A stretch of DNA of 63,913 nt, filler included, from Folioceros fuciformis (lineage: Eukaryota), in NCBI GenBank assembly GCA_049999805.1. It is 16 parts of 16 records of this genome, joined end to end, with 100 filler letters (N's around TTAATTAATTAA, not from the genome) between each part and the next. Parts side by side here need not be neighbours in the genome. Positions count along the whole stretch, not along the records: positions 11,078 to 24,317 come from JBNGIO010006726.1; positions 24,418 to 26,812 come from JBNGIO010006727.1; 14 more parts are not named here. One strand, written 5' to 3'. Below are positions 13,570 to 26,912 of the stretch, piece after piece. Each line of letters starts with the position of its first letter. Positions within the stretch are counted from its first letter, which is position 1. Made by a program: the position numbers and the translations under genes. The notes under the pieces are model-generated. The model saw only the letters and a program-made list of their open reading frames with translations, was not told where the DNA came from and did not search any database.

Positions 13570-15388
13570 TCACAAGCCTATTCCATTACATCGCACACAC
13601 ACCAATACCTTCTTGCCTTTCTTCCACTTCCCTTTGTGTTTGTGGTGTTTCCGCTTATCCTTGTGAACGTGGTAATAACCATAAGAGCCAGGGCCACCTA
13701 CTCCTGCAAAGAAAGCGCAATGTCTCCTAAGAACCAGTGAACAAAACCTGAAATCTAAAGCAAAAACTCCACACTGCCTCACTCCCATTGTGGTGGGATA
13801 CATCCTTGACTTGCAATACCCACATTGAATTCACACACTTTTCACATCGAGCTGGAGTTAACTCTGCACCTGATCTTCATAAATTGCACATTCAAAATGC
13901 AACCCTTACCTGGATAGGCAGGTGGGTAACCAGCTGAAGGTGGAGTGGCGTAGTATGCAGTCCCTGACACTGCTGGGTATGGGGTTGCTGGATGTCCAGA
14001 CGTAGAAGGATAAGTAAGGGGGACATGTACAGGTGGAGGGATATGCCCAGGCTGTGGCGCAGGGTACAGGACGGGGGGTGGAGGATACGAACTAGGAGAA
14101 GGGTATACTGGACCTGCAGCTGCAGCTACAGCTACAGCAGATGGAGGTGGAGGTGGAGGTGGAGGTGTAGCATATCCAGAGTATGTCTGCTGCGGCGGTG
14201 CATAGCTGGGGTATGGCCCTGGGGGATGACTGTAACTGGGGTATGCACCTGCTGGGGACTGGAAGTGCTGATGCTTTACTTTCTCACCTTGCACCTGCTG
14301 ACGCACGATAGCAGGTTCATTACACCAACATGCAGCCAGTCACAAGGTACGCCAGGCACTACACCAAAACGTTTGTGGCACCTCATACGAACAAAAAGGT
14401 TCCCCTGCAACTCAAGCCAATTCCCTGCCATGAACCAAGCCAACGGTGGCCAAAGAGACAACAAACCTTTCCGGCGCTTGCAAAGTGCAAGATCACCCTC
14501 ACCTCACCAGCATACCTGGCCAAGGTTGAAAGCATTGTCCAAGTGAGAAACACCCTCTCACCGCACATGACACAACAGCCACATGCTTAAATATGCACCT
14601 TACTTTCCAGTCTTGGACAAAAGATTCCACCCATTGTCATCATATCCCGTCGATATGGCTTTCTCGATCAAAATTCTGCATCCACCAACAAGCCATGCAA
14701 ATACTAAGGACACATCGAGCACCAACCAACTTGGGTGACTAAAACATGATTCAAGCCTGCGTTACAGATTATCTCTTACTTGCCAGAGCCAATGAAGTCG
14801 TCGAAGGTGACATTGCTGTTCCATACTTGCACATGGATCTCTCGAAGACCCTCAATAAGCGGTATCATGAACTTATCGTTGAATGATGGATTCTTCCCTC
14901 CATCTGACATTGGGACCAGATCACAGCTCAATTAAACCCTCCCCTGTTCACGTCCATTCGACAATTGACAAACTAAACACAAGGAATCCTTCAGACCTGT
15001 ATCCGTTTTTGTTCGGAATCTGTTGCTGGCATACTCAATAATAACATACGGATCTTGCCGTGATATCCACTCTGTATCTTTGAGGTTTCTGGCTCCCACC
15101 ACTGCTCACAATCCAGCCAATCTATTTAAAACAGAAAAGAAAAAAGGAAAGAGACTCTTCGCAGTCAACTGCAGCCCTCAGCTTGTCCTGATCTTATCTC
15201 ACGCACTCGTACTGCTGATTCATATGACCTTAACAGATTCTTTTACGATGGCAACAAAGCATAACTCATTCAACAAACCAGCTAAGTGACATGGGGAGAC
15301 TGGAGCAAGCTCGCCTAGCCTAAAATACATCCCTTACAACATACCCGTGAGCTCCAGCACCTGCCCCTGTATTCCAGACGTTGCCATG
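13570..15388 (-). CDS. C2-domain protein with Pro/Tyr-rich C-terminus and His/Lys-rich tail (about 7 exons; last exon and stop uncertain)
   Basis: Spliced reading MATSGIQGQVLELT / VGARNLKDTEWISRQDPYVIIEYASNRFRTKTDT / DGGKNPSFNDKFMIPLIEGLREIHVQVWNSNVTFDDFIGSG / ILIEKAISTGYDDNGWNLLSKTG / YAGEVRVILHF, then YPPP-rich exon 13909-14292 and HKHKGKWKK. Confidence 0.85.
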
Positions 15389-16062
15389 GTCAAGACGGTG
15401 TACAAGAAGAGGAGGACAGCGCGGAGATCAACCGATGCCAGTCGGTGTTGAAAAAACTAGGGGAACGGCGCGGAATTGGTCAAGACGCAACTTCACGCAA
15501 CTTGCCTCCGTCTTGTTCAGCTACTGTATGTTTTATTTTTTTCGATGGTAAAGGACTGAAAAGTTCTTCAATAACGGCTTTACGAAAACGGGTGAACGTT
15601 CTCGAGGCTATTGTTTCAGGCTTCACGTTTGCTCTCAGCCATTCACGTTATGCACATAACCATCTACAGTATCTGGTGGAGATTCTGGTGCTCTGTAGAC
15701 AGAAAATGTGTTTGGGCTCGCAGCGACCTTCGAAATGGACGAAGGCCTGTGCCGCTAACGCTGGAAGTGCTATTGATCCCAGGGGATCGTCTCAGACCAC
15801 AAAGCCTTGATTCTATGACCCGTGGTAATTATGTACATGCCTGTTTATTAGGGTAGGGAAAACTATAACGTGGAGCAGTAGCTAACCATGCTCCCTCCTT
15901 GAAAACCATGGTAATAGGTTCAACAAAGGGCGACAACTAGTTTTCCTTCCGATACTTGTTGGGGTAGGTAGTCAGAGCGAATCAGGTTAACATGACGGTA
16001 CTCGCCTCTCTCCAGCTCAGGGTGGTGGACCTTCTCCCTGGGCCGTGAACGACCGGGGGATT

Positions 16063-18648
16063 ATGTCTCGCCGGGGGAAACGCAAGGGCGCTTCCACGGA
16101 TGACAAGGAAGAAGAAGTAGCTCCCCTCGACAGTGGGACTTCAACTCATGCGCCTGATTTCTCATGGTATTTAGCACCCACTGCCAGTCTCTATCCTCGT
16201 TCATTTTTATTCTTATGTTTCTGGACCAAAATCTGAAATTCTCGGCGATGGTTGTGTCAACCAGGAGAAAGGAGTCCCCAGCTCTTTCCATTAACAAGGC
16301 AGGTTTCGGGAACTTGTCCTCTTCCCAATCAGCCATGGCAGCTTGCAGTGCGTTCAAGAATGTCAAAGAGCTCTCTTCTGGAGCACGGTTTCCAGGTCCC
16401 AATTCCGGAGGATCCAAATTGGTGAGCTTTCAAGAAGGCATGTACCTTCCGTTTCACACTTGCAGTTGTCTGACGGATTAGAAGCTCCTGGACTGCTCCA
16501 TTGATGATAAAATCGTTTTGCCCATTATATTCTCAGAAATCCCGTGCTCTTTATCAAAGATTTTCGACTTCCATCCAAGAGGGCAGAGGGCTTCCCTTCG
16601 CGGGGATTGCGCTTCAACCTTCGGATAAGTGTCCCAGACCTAAAAGTCCCTCAACGTTTGAGATAACCTCCTCTAAAGTGCCCCTGGATTTGAGCTTGAA
16701 GAAAACTGCTCGGGTGCTTTCACTAAGCTCGCTACATTGGTGAGTTGGAATTTCAGTTTGCCAAGACTGCAACTTGGCATTGCAACTGGTGAATAACAGG
16801 GCGGACCGGGGGACTCAACTGACTTTTGCCGGCTTTTCCTGGTCTTGTTGAACAGGTGCCACCAAATTAGTAGCACAAGTCAATGTCGCGGGTTGAAGCA
16901 CTTCACAGAACTTCCTAGCTCTACTGTCGAGCTAAAACACAGCACCGCTGCTGAGTACAGACCTGATGGTTTAAACATCCCTGAACAGGTGGCAGCTGGT
17001 TTCTGGGAGGCTCTGCACTCTTGGGTTCATCCTCCATCGTCTTTACCACCTAACATCATTTCTGCTGTTCGAGGAGCAGGGCAAGGTTTTTTCTTCTGGT
17101 TCTCCTCACTGGGTTTCATGATAGAGGCCCGTCGCGATTTTGCAAGGGTATATTTCCAGGTCTGCTAACTTTCAGGGTCGTGTCTTGCAGAAACAACTTT
17201 TTATGCTGAAAGGAGCCGTATGTGGGAAGCTGCTCTGCAGTCGCTGTATTATATGTTCCGTGGAAGACAATGCAGCATCTTTTATGGTCTGCAAATTTTA
17301 AATGTGGCTTGCTGGTTACTTCAGTTCTTCATTTGGCCCCTAACACCGGACGAATGTGCGTTGCAGTCTGTAGCCAAAACTTTGTGATATTGTTTGTTGG
17401 CGGTGTAATCGGTGGAAGGTGTGAGGATGCTTGTAGTGCTTTCCTTACAAGGTCAACCCGGGGTCTCCGTGCTCTGCTCAGCGGTGAGGTAATTACATTG
17501 GAAAAGTAGTAGTATTGTTTCCGGCCGTGAGCATCTGTCATTGAACTAATAGCGGGTGTGGCCGCTGTTACAACAGGATGTGCAGTTCACCACGCCTCTT
17601 CTGAAGTCGGATGTGAGCCCAACAACGGGGCAGGAGTTGCTGGATCTGATCGAATTCGAAAAAATAAGGCCAGGGCAGGTTAGCTTCAGAATTCTTCACT
17701 AGAGGATTCGAGTGCAGGTTATCACGGCCATCTTTTCTCGCTTGGGCAACAACACTCTACTCGTTGGCTGTGCTAGACAAGGTTGGTGGATTCACTTGCA
17801 GCATTTGACAACAGTGTCTCCTCCATCTTGGCTTTTGATGGACCCAAGAATGTGCACAGCCTTTATGACTTCATTTTGAATCAGAGGTACTTCCAGCCTT
17901 GGCCTGTGGACGCCTATGACTTGTTACCGCATTGATTTGTCGACTGAGCTTTTGGGTTTGGGCAGGTTCTTGGCAGCTTCCTCAGCTACTGGTGATGTGC
18001 CCATGCTTCTTTCTCCCACTCCTTTCGAGCATGCGACTCTGACTAAGCCGGAGGTAGCACGCAATTCCTACTTTGCTGTCCCTGCTCATTGCGCCTATCG
18101 TGACGATCTGACGGAATACTGTTCGACTTGTGATCACTACAGCTCAGTTGCAAACAAATGCAGTGCTCGGCCACATTGAGCCAATCAGGGCTGGTTAGCC
18201 GTGAGGGGGATACGATGGACATGGTGTATACGTTGGACTTGAAAGGAATGGTTCTGGCACCGTGGGTGGTGAGCAGAATCTGTACCGTGCTCGACGTTGC
18301 TCAGCCTCGTGGTTTCGATATAAGGTTAAATGAATTGTCCATGCTGAACTGCATGTCCGTGGAAGCACCTAAAGAAAAGGGCGCTAACTGCTGGTTGTGT
18401 TCGAATCTGCGTTATGTGTTGGTTGCAGTTTCTCCACAGAGCCGCTTACTGAAGGCCTTAATATCGCCCAGGAACACGCAAGCGGCGAGAGGAATTTCCC
18501 CAATTTGGAGAAGGCCTCCTGCTACGCTGAAGAAATTCCTTACTCATCACCTCTTGGGCGCGCGTCAGTCGCTCAGTTGAAACGTAGTACAAACTGCTGG
18601 GTTGCCAGCGCTAGAATAAACGAGTCACGGACTTGGAAGGCAGGCTGA
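16063..18648 (+). CDS. DONSON: Downstream neighbor of SON homolog (replisome factor), multi-exon; start uncertain
   Basis: Family motifs across exons: VPLDLSLKKTARVLS, ALHSWVHP, FLTRSTRGLRALL, LAFDGPKNVHSLYDFILN, DVPMLLSPTPFEHATL, LDLKGMVLAPW, TEPLTEGLN. Confidence 0.8.
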
Positions 18649-18781
18649 GTTCGAACCGATTTATGCCTAAATTTACGTTACTTGACAAACCTTACACTCG
18701 CCCTTGGTAGACTAGGGTTCACCTACAAGCATTTGGTGTCTGGCTCACAGGGTGACAACGAAATTTCAGGAGCGCGGATCT

Positions 18782-19260
18782 ATGGCGGGGAGTGAAGTGA
18801 CGACAGCGGGAGGAACTCCCGTCACTACCTCGGCAGTGCTCTTGTCCTCTTGGAAGCATATCAACGCACGGTGCGCATCTCAGAACCGCGCGTTTTTGGA
18901 ATGCAAGCGTGTTGACGCCGACCCGGAGAAGTGTCTGCCACAGGGTCAGAAGGTTACGCGCTGCGTCGTCTCCTTGTAAGCTATCTTCCACCCTCGGTTT
19001 CTGCCATGCGGACCCTGTTAGATGACGGATCTGTCAGGGAGTGACTGAAGTGGGATATGTCGTAGTGAGTGGGTGAAGTGAAGGGTCGCTTGCTTACTGC
19101 CGTCTACATTGGTTGCAACTTTGCAAGGCTGAAGGAGCTTCACGGCAAATGTCCCAAAGCGATGGACGAGTTTACGAGGTGTATGGATTATTATTCCGGC
19201 GAGTTTAAGCTGTGTCGTGAGGAGCAGCAAGAGTTTGAGAGCGCTTGTTCAGTGGTCTGA
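18782..19260 (+). CDS. NDUFA8: Mitochondrial complex I subunit NDUFA8 (CX9C protein); exons about 18782-18975 and 19128-19260
   Basis: TSAVLLSSWKHINARCASQNRAFLECK...DPEKCLPQGQKVTRC...LKELHGKCPKAMDEFTRCMDYY...CREEQQEFESAC. Confidence 0.92.
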
Positions 19261-19443
19261 TAGGGCAGGCACTACCGGATTCAGGACGAAGTAGTAGAAG
19301 TTGTTTGTAATGGTGAACCTGTTCGAAGTATGTGCATACAGTTACAAATATTTGACCTAGAACAGATTTCCCATTTTTGTGGGTAAACATCAACGGAGAC
19401 GCAGCTCTACAATCCCATGGACATGGCCGAAGTTGTTGCTAGC

Positions 19444-20539
19444 CTAGTGCTTGTTTCCGCCTGGGGTACCTCCCTTAACAGATGCAGCAGGCCATCCAGG
19501 TCCGTTGTGGTGAGGGCCGCCCGGCGGAATAAAATCATGAGAAGGAAACTTGTCTTTGCTGTAGTGGGCCACAAGTACCGTCTCTGCTAACTTGTGACCT
19601 TCCATAGCCTCGAGGACTTCTTCTTTGGATGGCTGCACAGTGCACAAAATCGAGCGCTTGATCGTGAGTGGGAAAGCTTGTCAAGCGCAGTCGTGTTCCG
19701 GCGCGCAGGACCTGCATACCTTGTGACGAGTGTGGAGAGGGGTGTCCAAGGCGTAGAGCCTAAACTCATACCGATGAATACCCACAGGAGGATTTGGCCC
19801 GCGCCAACAGGGGAGTTTCCAATCATTCATGCCCTCCTTGATTTCAAGGTACTCCTTGTCATTCTTGTCATCCAAATCCTTGGTCGAGAACCCAGCCGGA
19901 AGCCCTGTGGAGACACCAATCAGTGACAGCGGAAGTCACTTACAGGAACAGAGCAGGAGTAACAACAAGCAGAAATGTCTTGTTCATGACTAGCCTTAGT
20001 TGGCAACCTGGCGCGTAGGGAAGGGTTACTTTATCATTCAAGTACCTTTCAGCGTTGAAGGTATATTAACCACTATCCTGCAAACAGTCAAGGCCGGAGT
20101 CTTTTCAGTGAAAAAGAATGGTGAGGAAAGTAAGGCAGGGCCTCCAGGTCTGACTCATTCTGCAATGCATCCACGGTATGAGGCAACGCAAGACAAGGCC
20201 TCCAGGAATGAGTCATTCGCCAACGCATCCACGGCATGAGGCAAGGCAGTCAAAGCAAAGGCAAGGAAAAGCTCCAGGGATGAGAGTCATTCACCAATGC
20301 ACCCACGGTGCTATAGGATCCGCGGGATCTGGCGCGTCTGGATCCTCCACAATCAGCGTCAAGCTCACGGTCCCTTCCGGCACTCCATACCACTCCAGCG
20401 GGGGAGAGATATCCTTCTGCGCTCCCTGGCCTTCCTGCGTGAACTTCCTTGGGATTCTTCCACCCTGAGCAATGGCCGATGACACCAATCTGAACTCCTG
20501 CTCCTCCCCCCGCTGAATATCAGAATCGTATTGCGACAT
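19444..20539 (-). CDS. YbhB/YbcL-type phosphatidylethanolamine-binding (Raf kinase inhibitor-like) protein, 4 exons
   Basis: DISPPLEWYGVPEGTVSLTLIVEDPDAP...PWVHW / IVVNIP / ...WRGPNPPVGIHRYEFRLYALD / EVLEAMEGHKLAETVL; 32-bp exon at 20046-20077. Confidence 0.9.
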
Positions 20540-21891
20540 TGTTCTCAAATTGCGTTAGCAACGCACTGGCAGAACACGACGAGGGACACCACAGCTGAGC
20601 GCAACTCATCGACTATGGTGTCGCCAAGGCGGCCTTATCACCTCCAAATGACACCTGGGTGCCACAAACAGCATGGGTGCCACGTTAGCGGACTTGCGAC
20701 ACGTGTACATGTCAGGCGGTGACAGCGTTACCGATAATGGGAGGGAGCTGCGGTTGCGGGTTCCAGTTCCCCTTCCCCTCAACTCCTGCGTTTACTCTCT
20801 TTGGCCTTTTCTTTCTACATACGCTTTCTCTTGCTACATACATATGTATATGTACAATGCCGGTCGCTTAGCTCTGGAGATTCCTGGGATGTACAGAGTC
20901 CTATCGAATCAGACGGGGTGTACTGCGAATCCTTGGCTGATTTGCCTGCTCTTCCAGGGAATCCAGAGACAGGTCTCTCTAAGAAAAGCCGAACATGTCT
21001 GCCCTACGCATTGGCATTCCAATCCTTGGAGATGATACTTCTGTACGCTTTTGGCAACCTTCCACATGCCCACATGGCTCCCGCGGTTTTCATCCATGCC
21101 ATCCTGTCTTCTCCACTGTTGAGGTCGGTGTGCACGGCCATGGGAGCTCAAGGATCGTACGATGCCCAGCGTACACCAAAGAATCTTGTCGTTCTTTTTT
21201 GCCCCTTTGTATCCTGCACTCTCGCTCGCTTTGCTTTCCTATTTCGATTCTCGAGGCAGCTCCTCTTGCCTTGCCACCTGGTGGCAGAGTAGCGCGCTAG
21301 GGGCCTGCTCCGTCTGTGCTACCAGGAGGTGTTGCGTTCGTTTTCCTCTCTTAAGCGCCTTCTTGTCCAGCTGCCTGAGCTCAACTACAGCCTCCGATTC
21401 TGTGGCTGGGGTCTGGCTATCATCGGGAAACGTCTGACCATGGAACTCCGGCTGCAACGTCTTCGTGCAGGTGAGCGTGGTTCGGGCGATCGCTGGCTGA
21501 GGCCCAGCGAATTTCAGTGCGCGTCAACCTGGTGACACGGTAGAAGAATGCCGACACCGTAATTTGTGTGCCACGGGACGGGCCACAACGTCTCTCACAG
21601 GAAATTCAAAGCATTCCGCCGTTCAAGACTCGCTGCTCACTTGACGGGGAATGCTGTTTTCCTAACGACTCCGGCTTTGCGATTTGATAGCAACTAACCC
21701 ACCGCATGCTTATGTGCAGACCGCTCTATGACCAAATTCCGGCAATTTGACGAGGAATGACACCCGGCAATCCTGTAGGTGCTTGCCCAGATGTCTTGTC
21801 GGTATCCGATCTGATTGGAGTGTTTCACCTCAGAGGCTCAAAAACAGTACTTTCCATGCTATTGGTGGTGCTGAGGCTCGCCCCATATGTG

Positions 21892-23637
21892 ATGACTGAC
21901 CGGGAGCTTCCAGATTTGCTATGGCTAGATGCAACAGCTGATAATGCAGGATCAGAACCTGTGCCTTCTGTGCCACTCATGTCCGATGCTCACTTTAAAG
22001 CAAACAATCATTTGTGTGAAGGTAGAGGCAACCGTTGGCAGGAGCCTCACGTCGGAGCTCAGTTCAACGAAGTAGGGGAATGCAGCAGAATCGGTGCGGA
22101 TTGCCTGCTGCAACAATTTCCCCGCTCGCAGATGGGTGTCAAACGTGTAGCGTTTGAACCACAAGAGGAACGGCTCGGGGTTGCGCCAACTTGGTCGGAT
22201 CCGACTTCACCAAGTCCCCGGGAGGTTAGCAACTGCTGTATTAGGAGCCGACAAGGTGAAAACACTCTTCCTCACCTCAGCCGTCAGCCTTTTCCAGCAT
22301 CACGATAGTCGGACTGAAATGCTTGGCATTATCTCGTGTTTATTTTACCTTTCCCTGTGCTTTCCTGACTCCATGAAGCCTACTCCTTGTCAGGTGGGGT
22401 CTTCGCGGACTCACATTCGCCACCTTCTGTACTTGTTACCAGCGGATTCTCAACGTCCCAGAATCTAGGGGCTGTTACAACTCGTGGGGCCTTGGAACAT
22501 CAACTGAAGCAGGGTACACCGAAGATGTCTGATAATAGCAGGAGAGAATTGCAGGAAAGTTCCCATGGTCCTTTTAACATCACAAGCAAGGTTGGCCATA
22601 CTTCCGACCACGACACGCATATATGGACAGAGAGGGAACGACGGAAGAAAATGAACAGCATGTTTTCTACCCTTCATTCGTTGCTTCCAAGTCATAGTGC
22701 AAAGGTATCCTGACCAAGCTTTTGTTTCCAGAGTCCTTGTATCTGCCTTGGGAATGGAAATGATCACTGATTTGATTGAGGTGCATAGGCCTCGATCTTG
22801 CGATTGGCTTTCCCCTGAAAAGACAATGGTTTCTGCTGGCCGTATTCGATTGCAAGAACAGATTCCATTTCTGAGGCATTTGTGTTCGATGTGGCAGGCT
22901 GACAAATCAACGATCGTCGATGAAGCTATTAGTTACATTCAGACTTTGAAACAAACTAGAGAGGAGCTGAACAAACGCCGGTTCGAAGCTTCAGCTGGTG
23001 CAGGTGCTCATTTGCTTGTCCGGAATCCTGTGGCTTCCCGCCAGGATAGGATGATTGTGGCTTCCTGCAAAACCCCTCTTCAGCAGGCCGCGGAACCTGT
23101 GCAACTGGGAGGGTCAGCTTCTAACCCCGTGTCGGCTGCTCCCTTGGAAGAAACCCGATGCATGCCCCGTAACTTTTCTGGCCCGGGACAGGTACAAGCT
23201 GGGGGTGGCAATCCAATCTTTCAGACGTTGTCCTCCCCCAATGTGGTCCTTAATGTCTGTGGACATGACGCGTTCATTAGTATCTGCAGCGCCCGACAGC
23301 CATGTCTACTATCACAGATCTTATTTGTGATGGAGAAACACAAGTTGTTTGTTATGAACGCACATATCAACAGCACTCACACTAGCAGCCTCTACATGAT
23401 CCATGCTCAGGTCAGTGAACGTTGATTTCGCGCTGAATGTCGCTAATGTCGAGTCCCCATTAGATGTAATACTACTAGCTGCTGCCTTTGTGGTCTTCAA
23501 AGCCACGCTGACAGCAGATCGTTGGGATGCAGCCTGTGGACGAGACTTGTGAAGACCTCGGAGATGAGCACCTGAAGACAACGCTCGAGGACTTGTCCAA
23601 CTGTTTGCTCTCAGTACACTTGCCACATCCGATTTAA
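21892..23637 (+). CDS. ZOU: ZHOUPI/RGE1/bHLH95-like bHLH transcription factor with C-terminal ACT-like domain; about 4 exons, start uncertain (alternative ATG at 21856)
   Basis: [27 protein letters not shown]...K / [17 protein letters not shown] and [23 protein letters not shown]...YMIHAQ match ZHOUPI-clade signatures. Confidence 0.82.
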
Positions 23638-24417
23638 GCCCTCAAAGACTTTGTTTGTAAGGACCAGAAAAGATGCGGGATGTGCCTACATGGCGCTGTC
23701 AAAGCTTGCACGTCAGGAAAGCTTGCCAGCGCTTGCACTTTTGCTTGGGCTGGTATGGTGCCTGATGAAAGCTCTTTCTCGACAAAGCACCTATCCAAGT
23801 CCCAGCATCCACCCAAGACCAACTGGCTGTGTCTTCAGTGCCGTATGTAGTCTACGTCAATGACCACCTCCACTCATACCCTTCCGATCACTGCGACCAA
23901 AGCTGACCTGCAAAATGTCCCTGGCAAGCAGCTTGCTTTCCGTAGCTTGTATCCCTCGCAACCATCGGGCCCAAGGAGGCTGTGTAATGCAACAGTTTTG
24001 AACATGATTTTGATGGGTCCATTGCTGCATTTGTTTTAGTCGGAGAAAGTTCTTGGAGAACTCCTGTGCACACGAGGCCACACCTCGTGCACTTTGGATA
24101 AACAAAAACATCCATTCATGAGACTTTTGTCCTGGACTGCGGAGCTAGCAAAATGTACTCGAGCAAGCGTTTTCTCTCTCAAAAGCTGTCTTACAAATGT
24201 GGAGCAAAGTGGATTCATGCCCTTGACCCACTGCACATTCAGAACGTAATACATTTTGTTGAGTTCATAGCTTGTATTGGCATGACAAAGAGACCACACA
24301 CCAACGTTGGAATGCTCNNNNNNNNNNNNNNNNNNNNNNNNNNNNNNNNNNNNNNNNNNNNTTAATTAATTAANNNNNNNNNNNNNNNNNNNNNNNNNNN
24401 NNNNNNNNNNNNNNNNN

Positions 24418-26812
24418 CAATGCTATAACGATAAAGAGGGTTTGTGTGGACCTCGCAGCACCCCCGGGTGCAATATTTTCCCCCACAGGAGGCAAGACAG
24501 AAACAGCTGGAGGAAGCCCAACAGGCCCTTGACGAAGTAAGAGCTCAAGTACAGGAAGAATTGCGCAAGGCACAGGAAGAAGTGCAAGCCATGAAGAACC
24601 AGCAAGAATTGCTTCTAACCCAAGTCAAGGAAGTGCATGAAGCAAATCAAGAAATGCAGCATGAATTGCTGCGAGCACAGGAGCAGGAGGCAGCTGTTGT
24701 GGAGAAGGTCTAGAAGCTAGCGGACCGTTACAAACGGGATAAGGCCCGGAGCCGAGTCAAGGGGAAGGGTAAAGTCAAGCGGAGTATCAGGTCCACGACC
24801 GAGGTAGCGAAAGCCGCTACTAGTAGGAGAGAAACGACGCCAATAGAGGGAAGCCCTACCGTGGTTGGGGAAGTAGCGACAGTTGTGGAACCATCATCCA
24901 AGGTTGCTGAAACCCCTACCCGCACTAGGAGGACTAGATTGGAGACAACTGCAGGCAGAGCAACATGAGGCACTCCAGCATCCTTGGTGGACAGAGAGCA
25001 GACAGTCAGGGGTAGACCACGGGAGGAGGGGGTAAGCACCACATCTGCAGCAGGAGGCTAGATTGTATTAAAGCACATGGATGAGGAGTCTTATATTCCT
25101 GGTCTCTATGTAAATGGAGATCATGTACTTAACCTTACTATCTATGTGCGTGTGGGAATAGGACGGACCGGGTCTACTGTCTGCGGATGAGGACCCAGAA
25201 TGGATGCTTCTTCTATTGTGTCCGGGTATGGAGGTTAACCCCTTGTTATTTGGAGGCAGTCCTGAAGGAGCTCACAAAAGAAGAGGCACAGTCCTTGGTG
25301 GAGAAGGAACCTGTGATGGTCCTTAGTAACAAGCGGCCAGTGGAGGAAGAGAGGACTCCAATGCGGACCCCACCTATGCCTAGCCAGGAGAGGTCAGTTA
25401 GTAGTGGGAGCGAGGTGGAGATTTTATGGGAAGACTTGCCTGACCAGCAGCGAGGAAGGAGAGCCCGAGGATTTGGTGGTAGAGGAAGGAGGGCCAACTG
25501 GCAAGCGCCACCACAGGTTTCTACCCTGGGGGCTTCCAAACTCATAGATATGGTCTTATTGGATGCTTTACACACATGCAAATGCCAAACTTTGGGAAAC
25601 AAGACCCCGCGGATCAGCCGCATTACATCCGATGACTCACCATGCTTTGTAGGTCTCTTCATCTGGCAAATGTGTCACCTTCCAACATTTCAGCATTTTA
25701 CATCTTTTTGCATTTGGTATGCCATGGTGCCTCCAAGTCGTCCAAGTGCCAAGGGCACACACATGTTTGCACACCACCCATATCATGGTGCGCACAAGTG
25801 GGCCTCGTTACATGTCCCACACCACTAAATTGTACATATTCTCCTTACATTGTATGATATGCATCATGATTGGTGATGAAGGTGGGTAAAATTCCTTTTG
25901 CTTAGGTTCGTAGATGAAGATCACTTGCATATCAATCACAAAAATACACAAAATATAGGGTTCCGAACTCCTGACCACTATGCGGACCCCCTCTTCTTCT
26001 TTTTCTTTAACATGCGGCTAGGGCTCTTGCCAAACATGTCAATGGAAGCGCCCTCATATTGCTCTCGTCCGTGTGCCCTGGAACATGTTTGCTTCGTGAT
26101 TGGACCAGACATAGATCTTTGTGGGCTTCAATCAACTCCCGTATGGGTGCCCCCGAAATCACTACCAATACATTGGTTTTCATCCGGATGATGTTGAGCA
26201 GTGGGGAGGGGTCGGTCCCTACATTCCCCCCCCCGGTTTGCGGGAGGCCTTTCTCTTCGGTGCCAATAGTCAGATGGAGTTCTCGAAGCTCATATAATTT
26301 TGTTTTAATTAGCTCTTGTGTTTGTAATTATAACATGTTGTCGCGGGTCAATGAAAATCCATATGCCAATATAAATGTTTGCAAAGTTATAAGCCGTTCT
26401 AGATTTCTAGGTTGCCGTTAGCATTGTCGTTTGGCACGACTCCCTGTTTGTTTGGAAGGATATATTTCCTCTTGTAGATACCTCCCCTCAAATGCATTAA
26501 CATTTTTCGTAACCCACCATTGTATCAGAAGGGATGGCTCCTCTACCAAGGAATCTACCTCTTCAACCTTTGCAATTCAAAAGGGCCAGTATTATATAAA
26601 CCGTATTTTATACGGTTTAGATACATATTTACTACGTACTAATAGGTATACTGTATACGTATCCCCGTATTTCTTTTCTTTTTATTTTCCTAATTTCCCC
26701 TTTTCTATTTTCATCCCTATTTTTCTGGATTTAATTCCAGAAATTCCAATTCAACTCCGTTTCACCTGCTTTCTTTTCCTCTTAGTTCAGGGCCTCCCCC
26801 AGCACCCCAGGG
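24418..26812. mobile_element. Probable decayed transposon-derived sequence; stop-interrupted coiled-coil ORF on + and a decayed ORF on -
   Basis: Q/E-rich coiled-coil frame 24444-24713 interrupted by stops; minus frame IAKVEEV...LLIQWW...FEGRY also has stops; no clean splice model found. Confidence 0.35.
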
Positions 26813-26912
26813 NNNNNNNNNNNNNNNNNNNNNNNNNNNNNNNNNNNNNNNNNNNNTTAATTAATTAANNNNNNNNNNNNNNNNNNNNNNNNNNNNNNNN
26901 NNNNNNNNNNNN

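Noticed and set aside
20673-21535. Short ORFs between PEBP and the bHLH
   Set aside because: No motifs or coherent splice model.
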